IMG/VR virus record: IMGVR_UViG_3300015199_000003
Location: 1-57,410 of that record
Source of the DNA: a virus
Taxonomy: Duplodnaviria > Caudoviricetes
Reading direction: 5' to 3' (one strand)
Length of the DNA: 57,410 nucleotides
A model generated the notes under the pieces. It did no database searches. It saw nothing but the letters and a program-made list of their open reading frames with translations, and was not told the origin of the DNA. Shown here in pieces: positions 37,315-46,666 of the stretch (position 1 is its first letter; every line of letters starts with the position of its first letter). Both the position numbers and the translations under genes were made by a program.

Positions 37315-37323
37315 AAGCGCAAC

Positions 37324-38298
37324 ATGGAAAACAGATTCATCGCATGCATCGAAAAGCGGCTGCCGGCCAACCTGCTCGTTGCGGCGGCGGCAACGGCGGT
37401 CAAGCAGAACCCGACCAACCACCCGATTCTGGGCGGTCTATTGAAGCTGCTCGGTGGCCTGCTGCTGAACAAGCTCGGCGTTTCCGACCCGTCCAAAGCG
37501 AGCGACGTGATACCGGTTCTGACCCCGGAAGATCTGGCGCTGCTCACGACGAAGTATTGGGGGGCCAAGGGCGTTACGCTTACCGTCGGTTTCCCGTTTG
37601 ACAGCACGCCAAGCGACCTGCAAAGCCGCATCCTGCTGCACATGAACGCGTGGGGTGATTTTGCCAATGTCAAGTTTGCGCTCACCAACACCGACCCGCA
37701 AGTCCGCATCACGCGCGCTGGCGATGGCTATTGGTCCTACCTCGGGACCGACATTCTCCACATCCCGGCCAATGAGCCGACGATGACGCTGCAAGACTTC
37801 ACGATGAGCACGCCGGAGAGCGAGTTCCATCGCGTCGTTCGTCATGAGACCGGCCATACGCTCGGTTTCGCTCACGAGCACATGCGCAAGGAGATCGTCA
37901 GCCGTCTCGACCCGACCAAGACGATGATTTATTTCATGCAGACGCAGGGCTGGAGCCCGACCGAGATTCAGCAACAAGTGCTAACTCCACTTGATGAATC
38001 GACGCTGAAGGGGACCGCGCACGCCGATCAAGATTCGATCATGGCCTACCAGCTTCCCGGCAGCATCACCACGGATGGACAGCCGATTCGCGGCGGCCTC
38101 GACATCGACGACATGGACAAGGCTTTCGCGGCAACGTTGTATCCACTCGCCGTCGCGCCGATTGTTGTCCCGAATCCGCCTCCGGTCGTCAATCCGCCGA
38201 CGCCGGCAGTGACGGGCAAGATCCGCGTTACCGTGCTCGCCAATGCGGATGGATCGTTCGCGGCCGTGGAGAGCATCGCGCCCGTCGCGGACTCCTGA
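37324..38298 (+). CDS. astacin-like (M12A metzincin) zinc metalloprotease
   Basis: GYWSYLG, HETGHTLGFAHEH, Met-turn SIMAY. Confidence 0.9.
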   Translation: MENRFIACIEKRLPANLLVAAAATAVKQNPTNHPILGGLLKLLGGLLLNKLGVSDPSKASDVIPVLTPEDLALLTTKYWGAKGVTLTVGFPFDSTPSDLQSRILLHMNAWGDFANVKFALTNTDPQVRITRAGDGYWSYLGTDILHIPANEPTMTLQDFTMSTPESEFHRVVRHETGHTLGFAHEHMRKEIVSRLDPTKTMIYFMQTQGWSPTEIQQQVLTPLDESTLKGTAHADQDSIMAYQLPGSITTDGQPIRGGLDIDDMDKAFAATLYPLAVAPIVVPNPPPVVNPPTPAVTGKIRVTVLANADGSFAAVESIAPVADS

Positions 38299-38304
38299 AG
38301 AGAT

Positions 38305-38643
38305 CTGTACGAACCGGCGTTTGGTCTGCCTCGCTCTCCGAAGTGGCCAAAGTTTCTTGACGGATTGATCGCCGCGCATCCCTATTGCTCGGTCTGCGGA
38401 ATCACGGAAGAGGATGCACAAAAGAAGGGCGGGTTCCTGACTGGGCATCATCGCGAAAGCTTTCATGAACATCCCGAATTGGAGTTAGAACCCGACAACA
38501 TCGAAATCATTTGCGAGACACGTGGCCTTCGGGACTGCCATTTCCTCTGGGGCCACCTGGGAATCAGTTGGGCGGTCAACAATCCGCACGTTCGCGAAAT
38601 GGCGGCGGCGATGCTCAAGGAAGTGATGAGGGCCGACAAGTGA
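38305..38643 (+). CDS. HNH endonuclease (start uncertain)
   Basis: RSPKWP...CSVCG...HH...HPELELEPDN...CHFLWGHLG. Confidence 0.75.
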   Translation: MYEPAFGLPRSPKWPKFLDGLIAAHPYCSVCGITEEDAQKKGGFLTGHHRESFHEHPELELEPDNIEIICETRGLRDCHFLWGHLGISWAVNNPHVREMAAAMLKEVMRADK

Positions 38644-38990
38644 ACAACAAGCAATACCAGAGCCTATTCGGAGGAAAGCTCATGTGGAGCCCGTTGGCGA
38701 CGTCCATCCTGATTGGCGGTCTGTTCGTGGCGCTGATCGCCTTCGACGTGGTCCTTGCGATCTGTTGGGGCAATGAGGCAACGCTTTCGCGCTCGATGCT
38801 GCGGATCGGCAAGGCGTGGCCAATCGTGATCGTGGCGTGGGGCGGATTGTCCGCTCACTTCTTCCTGCCCAAGAACGATGTCTGGGGCGGCTGGTGGAAT
38901 GAAACCAAGCCGCTCGTCGCCCTGATTATCGGGTTCGTCGCCTTTCGGCTTTTCTGGGCTCAGACGATCGCCAACGTCGCGGCGAAATGA
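38640..38990 (+). CDS. three-TM membrane protein, holin candidate
   Basis: Three hydrophobic segments; TLSR...P...GGLSAHFF. Confidence 0.55.
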   Translation: MNNKQYQSLFGGKLMWSPLATSILIGGLFVALIAFDVVLAICWGNEATLSRSMLRIGKAWPIVIVAWGGLSAHFFLPKNDVWGGWWNETKPLVALIIGFVAFRLFWAQTIANVAAK

Positions 38991-39024
38991 AGACGACGTT
39001 TGGACAGGCAAGAGAGGCCGTGAA

Positions 39025-39297
39025 GTGATGAAATGTTTCAAGTTGTTTTTCGGACCGGATTACGTCGGCTGGTTCGATTCGCAAAAGCGAGCGGAAGAAG
39101 CCATTCCGCGACTTCGGGAGCAATTGGTCAAAGATGGAGTGATTCGGTTTGTCAGTCATACCGACGCGAACAGCGGAAGAGTGTATGAAGTGTTTGCTGA
39201 GAAGCCGCCATACGACTTGACAATCGAAATGGTGGAAATGACCGAAGCCGAGTACATGGCGATTCCCGCGACAAATGGATGGGTGTCAGGCTGGTGA
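39025..39297 (+). CDS. hypothetical protein
   Basis: ORF with RBS, overlapping the next gene. Confidence 0.5.
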   Translation: MMKCFKLFFGPDYVGWFDSQKRAEEAIPRLREQLVKDGVIRFVSHTDANSGRVYEVFAEKPPYDLTIEMVEMTEAEYMAIPATNGWVSGW

Positions 39298-41060
39298 TCG
39301 AACTGCTTCTCCTAATCCTGATCGCACTCCAATTCTGGGGCAACCTCCAGAACCGGAAGATCCTGCGCAAACTGCCGCTGCTGTTCGTGCCGTTCCTGCC
39401 GGCTGCCGCGAGTGCCCAGCCGAAGGAAGTCGTCGGCCCTCAGCCGAAGGTCGAACTCAAGCGGCTCTGGACGCCAGCAGACGCTCAGGCCGCGGCGCTG
39501 GCGGACTTGATGACGCTGCCGGTGGAGCAGCGGCTGCTTACGCGCTACATCTGGATTCAGACTCCGGACCCGGAAGCGGTCAAGAGCGTATCGGCTACGC
39601 TCAATCGAATCAGCCGATCCTCGATCATCTTCCGGCCCGTGCCGTTGGCCGACAATCGCCTGGTGCGCTTCAGTCTCGCGCAACTCAGCTTCGACATCGA
39701 CAAGGACCTGGCCGAGATCGTCTCGACATGGGAAGCCTTGCGGTTCGATCCAAAGTTTAATCTGCTGCTGACGCCCGACACGCTCAAAGTCGTGCTGGGC
39801 CTGCCCGTCACTCAGCAGCCGGTGGCGACGGTGCGGAACGGCAACACGTTCGAACCGATGGCGCTGGGCAATCTGTCCGCGCAAGACGTGGTTCGCGTCG
39901 TCGCGGGGCACTTGGACGCCAAGACGGCTTTCAGCCTGCAACTGGCCACGCTGTCGGCCGCTCCGATTGTGACCAAGGAATATCTCGAGTTCCGGGCGCT
40001 CTCTTCGATCAAGGACAAGGGGCCGTTCGCGACGATCTTCGGGGGCTTGTATTATGAGTTCCGCGGCATCGGGAAGGCTGCCAAGAAGGGACAAACTGAT
40101 CTTGATGCTCTTCTCGATAGCGTGGGGGCCACTGGTAAGCGCGTCGCTGAACAACGGGTCGGAATGTTCCGCTCGGGAATTACTGGCAAACCAAGAGCCG
40201 TGGATTTTCTACCCGCGACGAACCTCCGCGTCGGGGACGGGCAAGCCTTCATCCTTGTGACCGACGATGTGAAGGATGAATCGATCGATGCGACCCAGCA
40301 CGCGATGCAGACCTTGAGGAAGCAGAGTTTCAAACCGGATGGGCATGAGGTTATCTTTTCCGCCAACAACGGACTGCAAGCCTATGCGCTCTTCAATGGC
40401 GACGGGGGCTTGGTGGATGAAGTTCCGCCAGACATCGCGGCCGATACGACGATTCCCGCCCAGTTTCCGAAGCGCCTGCAATCTGCGTCAAGTTGCATTC
40501 GTTGTCATGAGGCCGAGGGATCGGATGGCCTTAAAAACGTCAGCAACGACGTACAGACACTGCTCGAACGCGGCCTCGATGTGTTCGGTGATGTTAGCGA
40601 TCTTAACCGGCCGATTTTCCGAACCGTTCAAGAGTTAGGGTCTCAATACAAAGGCCGGCCCGACAAGTTCATCAAGCAGGCCCGTTTCCAGTTCCAATCG
40701 GCGATGCTCGATGCGACGGGGCCTTGGGAAAAGACCAAGCCGACCGACATCGTGAAAGTGACGGCCGCGCGGCTGGAAAAGGACACCAGCGCATATTGGT
40801 ACGGTCAGGTCGATGCGCCGACGGCGCTGCGCGAACTGGGATTCGTCGCCGTTCCAAAAACCGAGGCCGGGCCGTTCCTGCGTCGGTTGCTTCGACCCGA
40901 TGCCGATGCGCGAGCCTTTGGAATTCAGCCCGAAGACGTGCGCCTCGGGGCCCTGCTGATGGACCTGCCGATCTCTCGCGTGGAGTGGAGCTTGGTATTC
41001 GCCTATGCCCAGAGTCGGGCGAACAAACAACTACTTTTGATGAAGGACAACAAACCATGA
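39279..41060 (+). CDS. exported protein with a c-type heme motif
   Basis: Hydrophobic N-terminus with AASA-Q cleavage-like site; DGHEVIFSANNGLQAYAL...SSCIRCH. Confidence 0.75.
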   Translation: MGVRLVIELLLLILIALQFWGNLQNRKILRKLPLLFVPFLPAAASAQPKEVVGPQPKVELKRLWTPADAQAAALADLMTLPVEQRLLTRYIWIQTPDPEAVKSVSATLNRISRSSIIFRPVPLADNRLVRFSLAQLSFDIDKDLAEIVSTWEALRFDPKFNLLLTPDTLKVVLGLPVTQQPVATVRNGNTFEPMALGNLSAQDVVRVVAGHLDAKTAFSLQLATLSAAPIVTKEYLEFRALSSIKDKGPFATIFGGLYYEFRGIGKAAKKGQTDLDALLDSVGATGKRVAEQRVGMFRSGITGKPRAVDFLPATNLRVGDGQAFILVTDDVKDESIDATQHAMQTLRKQSFKPDGHEVIFSANNGLQAYALFNGDGGLVDEVPPDIAADTTIPAQFPKRLQSASSCIRCHEAEGSDGLKNVSNDVQTLLERGLDVFGDVSDLNRPIFRTVQELGSQYKGRPDKFIKQARFQFQSAMLDATGPWEKTKPTDIVKVTAARLEKDTSAYWYGQVDAPTALRELGFVAVPKTEAGPFLRRLLRPDADARAFGIQPEDVRLGALLMDLPISRVEWSLVFAYAQSRANKQLLLMKDNKP

Positions 41061-42025
41061 TTCGTTTTGTGCTTGCTCTTTTAGTGGGCCTGTCCATCGC
41101 AGTTTCGGTCAAGGCGGACAGTTACGTCCAAGGAACCGACGGCTACTTCTACTTGAACGGAACCGCCCACTCGCGCACTTGGGTTGCCGGTTCGACATAC
41201 CTCAATTGCGGACGCTACTACCAGAGCGCGGGGTATTACAGCTACACGCCGGTTGTCGTTGCCGCCGCCCAGGTGCCGGCCTTCACGCCGAACTGGAAGA
41301 GCGATCTGATCAAGTTCCTTGCTCACCGCGAGGATGAGCAGTCTTACGTTGCCGCGCTCAAAGCCATCGGTCTGAATCCGCCGGGCTACGTCGTTCCGCA
41401 ACAGTCGGCTCTCTATGGGACGTTCGGAGTGAACACCAGCACGGTCTACGGCTATCAGCAATCGTTGGCTCAGTACGCCGATCCGTTCAAGCCGAACTTG
41501 GACCAATACTTCCTGCAGGCGTTCCAGTTGAGCCAAGGCGCTCAAGACGCATCCAAGGACGCTCTCCAAGCCTTTCACGGCACGGTCCAGTTGACGGCCG
41601 AGCAAGCGGCCCGGATCGCGGCAATCAACGCGCGGCGGGATGCGCACGTCGCCTTTGCCAAGATTCTGGATGGTCCGCCATCGGCAAGCTCCAGCTCGAC
41701 TTTGTTCCAATTGAAAAACGGAGCCTTATCGCCTGTGGAAGTGCTGCCGAGTCCGAAGGGCGAGGCGCTGACTGGAAGTCTTCAACAGCGATGGAACATG
41801 AGCGCGCAACGCTGCTCCGCTTGCCATTACGGGAACAAAGTCGAAGGCGGCTTCTCGGTAGACAAGTTCCCTTCGATGCCGGCCGACAAGCAACTTCCCG
41901 TGGTCAGTCGGTTGATGCTCCCGAAGAGCGACCCGAAGTTCATGCCCAAGGGCGGCGATCCGATTCCCCCTGAAGAGTTGCGGGCATGGATCGAAGTGCT
42001 GAGTCAACCCAAAGATCGGAAGTGA
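41057..42025 (+). CDS. secreted protein with a C-terminal planctomycete-type cytochrome c domain
   Basis: Signal peptide (VKA-D); RCSACHYGNKVEGGF...FMPKGG...PEELRAWI with a distal Met candidate. Confidence 0.8.
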   Translation: MIRFVLALLVGLSIAVSVKADSYVQGTDGYFYLNGTAHSRTWVAGSTYLNCGRYYQSAGYYSYTPVVVAAAQVPAFTPNWKSDLIKFLAHREDEQSYVAALKAIGLNPPGYVVPQQSALYGTFGVNTSTVYGYQQSLAQYADPFKPNLDQYFLQAFQLSQGAQDASKDALQAFHGTVQLTAEQAARIAAINARRDAHVAFAKILDGPPSASSSSTLFQLKNGALSPVEVLPSPKGEALTGSLQQRWNMSAQRCSACHYGNKVEGGFSVDKFPSMPADKQLPVVSRLMLPKSDPKFMPKGGDPIPPEELRAWIEVLSQPKDRK

Positions 42026-42142
42026 AAGCCCGAGACGTTGAGTCCTGAGTGGGTCGAAGGTTTGCCCATCCGGTGTGTTGCCGGCTCTGATTAGTGTCGC
42101 TTTTTTGTGACTACAACAATTCGCCCATCAAGGAGATTTCTC

Positions 42143-42508
42143 ATGCGTAAGTGCATTCTTCTCGCCGTCGCCGTCCTGGGCGCTTCTCTCTTATGGGGCA
42201 GCAGCGCCAAGGCTCAGGTGATCTTCGTCCAGGCCCAGCAGCCCCAGGGCGTGATCCTCAATCAGGGCTTCAGCGCCGTACCGAACGCGACGTTCCAGTC
42301 GTTCGGGGCCTTCTCCACCGTAGTCCCGACCAATGGGGTGTTCTTCAATCAGGGCGTCGGGTTCGGTTCGAACGTGATCGTCGCGGGCCGTGGCCTCGGA
42401 GCTCGAAACGTCGCGGTTGCCAATCGCGGAGTCATCGGCGCCGGCCGCCAAACGATCATTCAGCGGAATGGTTTGTTCGGCAGCCGGACGACCATCATCA
42501 ACCGCTGA
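42143..42508 (+). CDS. secreted low-complexity (G/N/Q/V/F-rich) peptide
   Basis: AAGGAG RBS; signal peptide ending AKA-Q. Confidence 0.7.
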   Translation: MRKCILLAVAVLGASLLWGSSAKAQVIFVQAQQPQGVILNQGFSAVPNATFQSFGAFSTVVPTNGVFFNQGVGFGSNVIVAGRGLGARNVAVANRGVIGAGRQTIIQRNGLFGSRTTIINR

Positions 42509-42609
42509 GACTTGTGAAAGCAAGACGTACCGCGGCCGGCTGGCCATGACGGTGATGACACAGCCGGCCGCATTACATCTCACCGATCCCGCATGGAAGG
42601 CGGTCAGTA

Positions 42610-43200
42610 ATGCTCTTGGCTCTTTCGACTGGCGATCCGATCTGGGACGTGCTGACCGCGATCCTCGCTTCGGTGATAGGGGCGGGCGGCGCGGCAAAAA
42701 TCGTCGCCAAGTTCCGAGGACTGCTCCGCGAGATCGGCCGCGCGATGGAAGTCTCTGCGCGGATCGATGCGCTGGAGCAAAAATTCGCGAAGTACGAACA
42801 AGAAGATGCGATCCAAAAACTGATCTATTTTGGCTTCCTTGAGGCCGGCGAAGAAGCTTGCATAATCGCGAACGAGCAGGGCAAGACCGTCTTAATCTCG
42901 CCAGCGCTCGCGAAGCTGATGGGGGTCTCCAACGAAGAAGCGACGAATGGCGCGTGGAAAGACGTATTGCATCCCGAAGATAAAAGCAAAGTGCTGATCG
43001 CCTGGGATGGGTTTGTGCAGGGCGCTTTACAGTGGCTGACGCTCTCGTTTCGGTTCCTCACGCCATCGGGCAGAATCGTGCCGGTAGTGATGAAGGCCGT
43101 TCGCAAGAAGATCGTCCAGGGCGGCGTGATGCGGATTGTCGGGCTGGTTTGGCGTCAAGATTCTGCGCCTCCGAAGGTGCCCGACACCGCGACTTCTTAA
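42610..43200 (+). CDS. N-terminal TM + coiled coil + PAS-fold protein
   Basis: IIANEQGK...SPALAKLMG...WKDVLHPED...FRFLTPSG. Confidence 0.8.
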   Translation: MLLALSTGDPIWDVLTAILASVIGAGGAAKIVAKFRGLLREIGRAMEVSARIDALEQKFAKYEQEDAIQKLIYFGFLEAGEEACIIANEQGKTVLISPALAKLMGVSNEEATNGAWKDVLHPEDKSKVLIAWDGFVQGALQWLTLSFRFLTPSGRIVPVVMKAVRKKIVQGGVMRIVGLVWRQDSAPPKVPDTATS

Positions 43201-43229
43201 TCCCTCTCATGAATTGGAGGAATTCGGCG

Positions 43230-43346
43230 ATGAAAACGATCAAACGTTTTGTTCTGGGAGATTGGTGGATCGGTGCCGGAGCTGTGCTCGCAGCCTATGT
43301 GTTGCTGATTCCGGTCGCGGCATTCGTCCACCGCCTGACTCATTAG
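43230..43346 (+). CDS. small TM peptide
   Basis: GGAGG RBS; hydrophobic segment. Confidence 0.45.
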   Translation: MKTIKRFVLGDWWIGAGAVLAAYVLLIPVAAFVHRLTH

Positions 43347-43349
43347 GGA

Positions 43350-43535
43350 GTGACGATGCCCGCTGAAACTCTGCTCGAATGCCCCGAATGCAAATGGCGC
43401 GGCCAAGTCCAAGCCGCAATCGTTCATCCATACGAAATCATCCGCTGCCCATTGTGCGGCGCGCCGACCGAAGAGCTATGCGAGCCGCCGAGCATCGTTG
43501 ATTCGCTCATACCCGAACTCGCCGAGACACGTTGA
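43350..43535 (+). CDS. Zn-ribbon protein
   Basis: CPEC...CPLC. Confidence 0.55.
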   Translation: MTMPAETLLECPECKWRGQVQAAIVHPYEIIRCPLCGAPTEELCEPPSIVDSLIPELAETR

Positions 43536-43562
43536 AACGCGGCCGAAAGAGTCGGCTTGCTG

Positions 43563-43598
43563 CGCTCCGGTCGAATGGCCTCGGCCGGGGCGTTTTTT
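43563..43598 (+). terminator. intrinsic terminator
   Basis: CGCTCCGGTCGA/TCGGCCGGGGCG stem followed by TTTTTT. Confidence 0.65.
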
Positions 43599-43613
43599 CT
43601 CAGGAGGACAGCC

Positions 43614-43982
43614 ATGCAGACGCTTCTCTTGATCCTCATCCTTGTTCCAGCGCCCGCTCCAAAGATCGAGCAGGCCCGCGCGCATCCGATCGTCGGCGTG
43701 TGGGCCATCAACTGGGGATCGTGCCTGACCCAGACAACGACATTCTACGCGGATGGCACGTGTCATTCGCCCGAGTATGGCGGTGGAACGTGGGCTGAGG
43801 ACGCGGACGGGCGGATATGGTTCTCGGAGCAGGATGGCACTGAGCAGTACATGATTGAGAGCGCGACGTTTCTCGATCGTACCGGCTCGGTCTGGCACTA
43901 TTTCAATGGCCAGCGATGCTTGTCGGCTGAACTGCGGATGCGTCCGGGCGAATGGCTGCCCATGCCGCGAGAAATCAACTGA
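43614..43982 (+). CDS. secreted lipocalin-like beta-barrel protein
   Basis: AGGAGG RBS; signal with PAPAPK; IVGVW...TFYADGT...GTW. Confidence 0.6.
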   Translation: MQTLLLILILVPAPAPKIEQARAHPIVGVWAINWGSCLTQTTTFYADGTCHSPEYGGGTWAEDADGRIWFSEQDGTEQYMIESATFLDRTGSVWHYFNGQRCLSAELRMRPGEWLPMPREIN

Positions 43983-44134
43983 TTCCCCGCCGGTTGCTCG
44001 CGGGGAACTTCGCGGCCCCGGTCAGTTGTGAGACTGGCCGGGGTTTCAACTCGGCCGACGCCGCGAGATGATGCGACCACGCCGGCAGAGGTCTGTATTG
44101 ACCGATCAGTCCGTGTTTGATTACCATTTCGAAC

Positions 44135-44387
44135 GTACCCACGAAACGCGAAAGTACCCACATTTTTCCAGCCGATCGCGGCGGATCAGGTGAGTGAATT
44201 CGCGGGAAATCCCTGAAGATATCGAGTTTTCTCGGCGTTTGATCGACGCGCTTTGCCTGCCTTCGGAACCGAAGGTTACAGGTTCGACTCCTGTGGGGCG
44301 TATTGATCGTAAACCGTGCCGAGACTGGGATTTCCGGATTGCCGCTCAGGAAGAGCGGTCGGCCAACCTGGCCGGGATTGTGGGTAC
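44135..44387. mobile_element. attP: core matching the 3' half of tRNA-Arg(TCG) (44261-44302), flanked by arm-type repeats
   Basis: CTTCGGA ACCGAAGGTT ACAGG TTCGACT CCTGT GGGGCGTA; GTACCCAC at 44135 and 44154, inverted at 44380. Confidence 0.8.
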
Positions 44388-44421
44388 GCATACCCGCGCT
44401 CTCGGCATGGAGGCCGTTCCG

Positions 44422-45732
44422 ATGGTTCATCCACTTCGCGTTCCCAAGCTCCGTTTTCACGCTCCAACCAAGCAACACTACATCTATCTCGGCAAAGGAC
44501 AGGGCAGAAAGTATTTCGGCCGCGACCTGGTCGAGGCTGAGCGGCAATATGGGATTTGGAAGGCGCGGCACATTCTGGCGGGGCCCGGCGCGGCGCCGGC
44601 GATCCAGGCCGGGGACCAAACCATCACGGTCTCAGAAGCGGTCGTCGCCTACCTCCGGCACGCCGACAACTACTATCGAGATCCGCGCGACATCAACCGC
44701 GTCGGCCACGCGATGGCCGTCGTCATGGACGAATTCGGGGCGCTGCCTGTCGGTGAATTCAAATCGAAGGCCCTCAAGCATATCCAAGCCAAGCTGATCG
44801 AACGGCCGGTGATGCGGCGCTTCAAGGCGGGAACCAAGGCAACCGCAACGAAGATCAGCCGCAAATACGCGAACAAGCTCCTCGTTGACGTCGTTCATTG
44901 CTGGCAATGGCTCGTCAGTGAAGAGGTCGTTCCCCCGGAGAACCTGCACGCGATGGAGACGGTGACCCTCATCCACCTTGGCCGGGGCGGCCGCGAGACT
45001 CCACGCGTTCCGCCGGTCGCCCCAGAGGTTGTCGAGGCCACGCTCGCCTATTGCCCTTCGCTGCTCGCAACGATGATTCAAGTCCAACGTCTTACCGGCA
45101 TGAGGCCCGGGGAACTGTGCCGAATGCGTCGATGCGACATCTCGCTTCATCCAAAGGAACGATTGTCGATGCCCGGCATGGAGGATTGGCGGGTGTCGGC
45201 GATGGAGTCGGGGGCCGTGCTCTGCTGGGTCTATGCGCCATCGAAGCACAAGAACCTTCACCGCGGCCAGCCGCGCGCCGTGCTGATCGGCCCGCGCGCC
45301 CAAGAGCTTTTGCGTCCGCTGCTCGATGGGAGGACGGGGGAGGATCATATCTTCGTCCCGCGCGAATCGATGCAGGCATGGCGAGCGATTCAGCGCGAGA
45401 GCCGAAAGACTCGAGTCCAGCCATCCCAAAAGAACCGGGCCAAGCGCCATCCAAGAAAGGGGGCTGGCGATCTCTACCCGGTCAACAGCTACGCCCAGGC
45501 GGTCGAACGCGCGATTGCCCGCGCGAATAAAGCGCGAGCCAAGGAAGGATTGGAGCTTCTACCCAAATGGCGGCCCAACCAGCTCCGCCATTCGGCCGCC
45601 ACGTCGGCAAGCGAGCGCTTCGATGAAACGCACGCGGCGGCAATGCTCGGCCATGCTGGACTCGATGCGGTCCGGATTTATGCCGAACAAGCGCTCGGCA
45701 AAGCGGCAAAGACGGCCGCCGAACTTGGATAG
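44422..45732 (+). CDS. int: tyrosine integrase
   Basis: TGMRPGE, K, QLRHSAA, MLGH, Y; GGAGG RBS. Confidence 0.93.
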   Translation: MVHPLRVPKLRFHAPTKQHYIYLGKGQGRKYFGRDLVEAERQYGIWKARHILAGPGAAPAIQAGDQTITVSEAVVAYLRHADNYYRDPRDINRVGHAMAVVMDEFGALPVGEFKSKALKHIQAKLIERPVMRRFKAGTKATATKISRKYANKLLVDVVHCWQWLVSEEVVPPENLHAMETVTLIHLGRGGRETPRVPPVAPEVVEATLAYCPSLLATMIQVQRLTGMRPGELCRMRRCDISLHPKERLSMPGMEDWRVSAMESGAVLCWVYAPSKHKNLHRGQPRAVLIGPRAQELLRPLLDGRTGEDHIFVPRESMQAWRAIQRESRKTRVQPSQKNRAKRHPRKGAGDLYPVNSYAQAVERAIARANKARAKEGLELLPKWRPNQLRHSAATSASERFDETHAAAMLGHAGLDAVRIYAEQALGKAAKTAAELG

Positions 45733-45904
45733 TTCGAACGCGCGCCAGCTCTTTGATGCGTTCGCCTGAGCAACTATTTTGCCAAATTCCGTCCAGAATG
45801 CCTCAACTGACTTTCCCGAGAACAGGTGAACAGTGGGTACACTCAGTCGCGAAGGAGAGACCCGCAAGAATGCACAACCTGATCCCCGTGAAAGAGAGCA
45901 AGTC

Positions 45905-46390
45905 ATGCCAGAGCCCAAAGACCCTCGACGGATCGTAGACACGCTCCGTCAGTTACTCGCCGAGCAGCCGCCCGACTCGGTGACCATGCAGTTTCAATTG
46001 AGTCAGAATGGAGGCTCGATACTCAGGCCGCAAGGCGATCCCGTCCCAACCCCGCCAGCGAAGGCGATGCAGGGGCCGGCCGGGAAGATCTCGCACTCGC
46101 CCGACTTCAGCGCCGTTCATTGGCACGATGGGAACACCTACCCATTTACGCCGCATCAGCGGCCCGTCGTCGCGATGCTCTGGAAGGCGATGGAGGAAGG
46201 CGTCCACTTTGTCGGCTCGGGTGCGCTGCTCGAAGCCGCGGAAGTAAACAGCACACGGATGCGCGAATTGTTCCGCGCCAGCAAGGCGTGGGGCAAAGTC
46301 ATCGTGCAAGGGATCATGCACGGCGGTTCGGTGGACACGTACCGGCTGGCGCCGCTCGGCGACGAAGCCGAAAGGAATGGTGCAGCATGA
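45905..46390 (+). CDS. putative winged-helix DNA-binding protein
   Basis: HSPDFSAVHW...YPFTPHQ..VV.MLW...RMRELF...TYRL. Confidence 0.55.
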   Translation: MPEPKDPRRIVDTLRQLLAEQPPDSVTMQFQLSQNGGSILRPQGDPVPTPPAKAMQGPAGKISHSPDFSAVHWHDGNTYPFTPHQRPVVAMLWKAMEEGVHFVGSGALLEAAEVNSTRMRELFRASKAWGKVIVQGIMHGGSVDTYRLAPLGDEAERNGAA

Positions 46391-46626
46391 AACCATTGAC
46401 CGTCGGCGAGCTTCAAGTTTTCCTGAAGCGGCTCATTGGCCTCCGGGAAGGGGAGACGGAATGCGCGGTTGCATCCGTAGAGTTCGGGCCGGATGGCGGC
46501 GGAGTCATCCTCACGTCCTGGGACCGGTTCGAAGAGCGGCTTGAACTGGCGCACGAATTCGAGAACCCAACGGAGCTCGCGTTGATGGTGCGAACGGGAT
46601 GGATGCCTGTAGCGGTCGAGATCTGA
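46387..46626 (+). CDS. hypothetical protein
   Basis: ATG overlaps the upstream stop. Confidence 0.5.
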   Translation: MKPLTVGELQVFLKRLIGLREGETECAVASVEFGPDGGGVILTSWDRFEERLELAHEFENPTELALMVRTGWMPVAVEI

Positions 46627-46632
46627 TCCTGT

Positions 46633-46666
46633 GCGGCCGCCGCCCTCAGACGGCGGCCGCGTTTTT
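46633..46666 (+). terminator. intrinsic terminator
   Basis: GCGGCCGCCG-N8-CGGCGGCCGC followed by GTTTTT. Confidence 0.75.

Noticed and set aside
38296-38340. Selenocysteine codon with SECIS element
   Set aside because: The TGA falls in an inter-domain linker rather than a Cys-equivalent site, and the hairpin is weak.
44240-44305. Functional tRNA-Arg
   Set aside because: The 5' half is missing; interpreted as the attP core.
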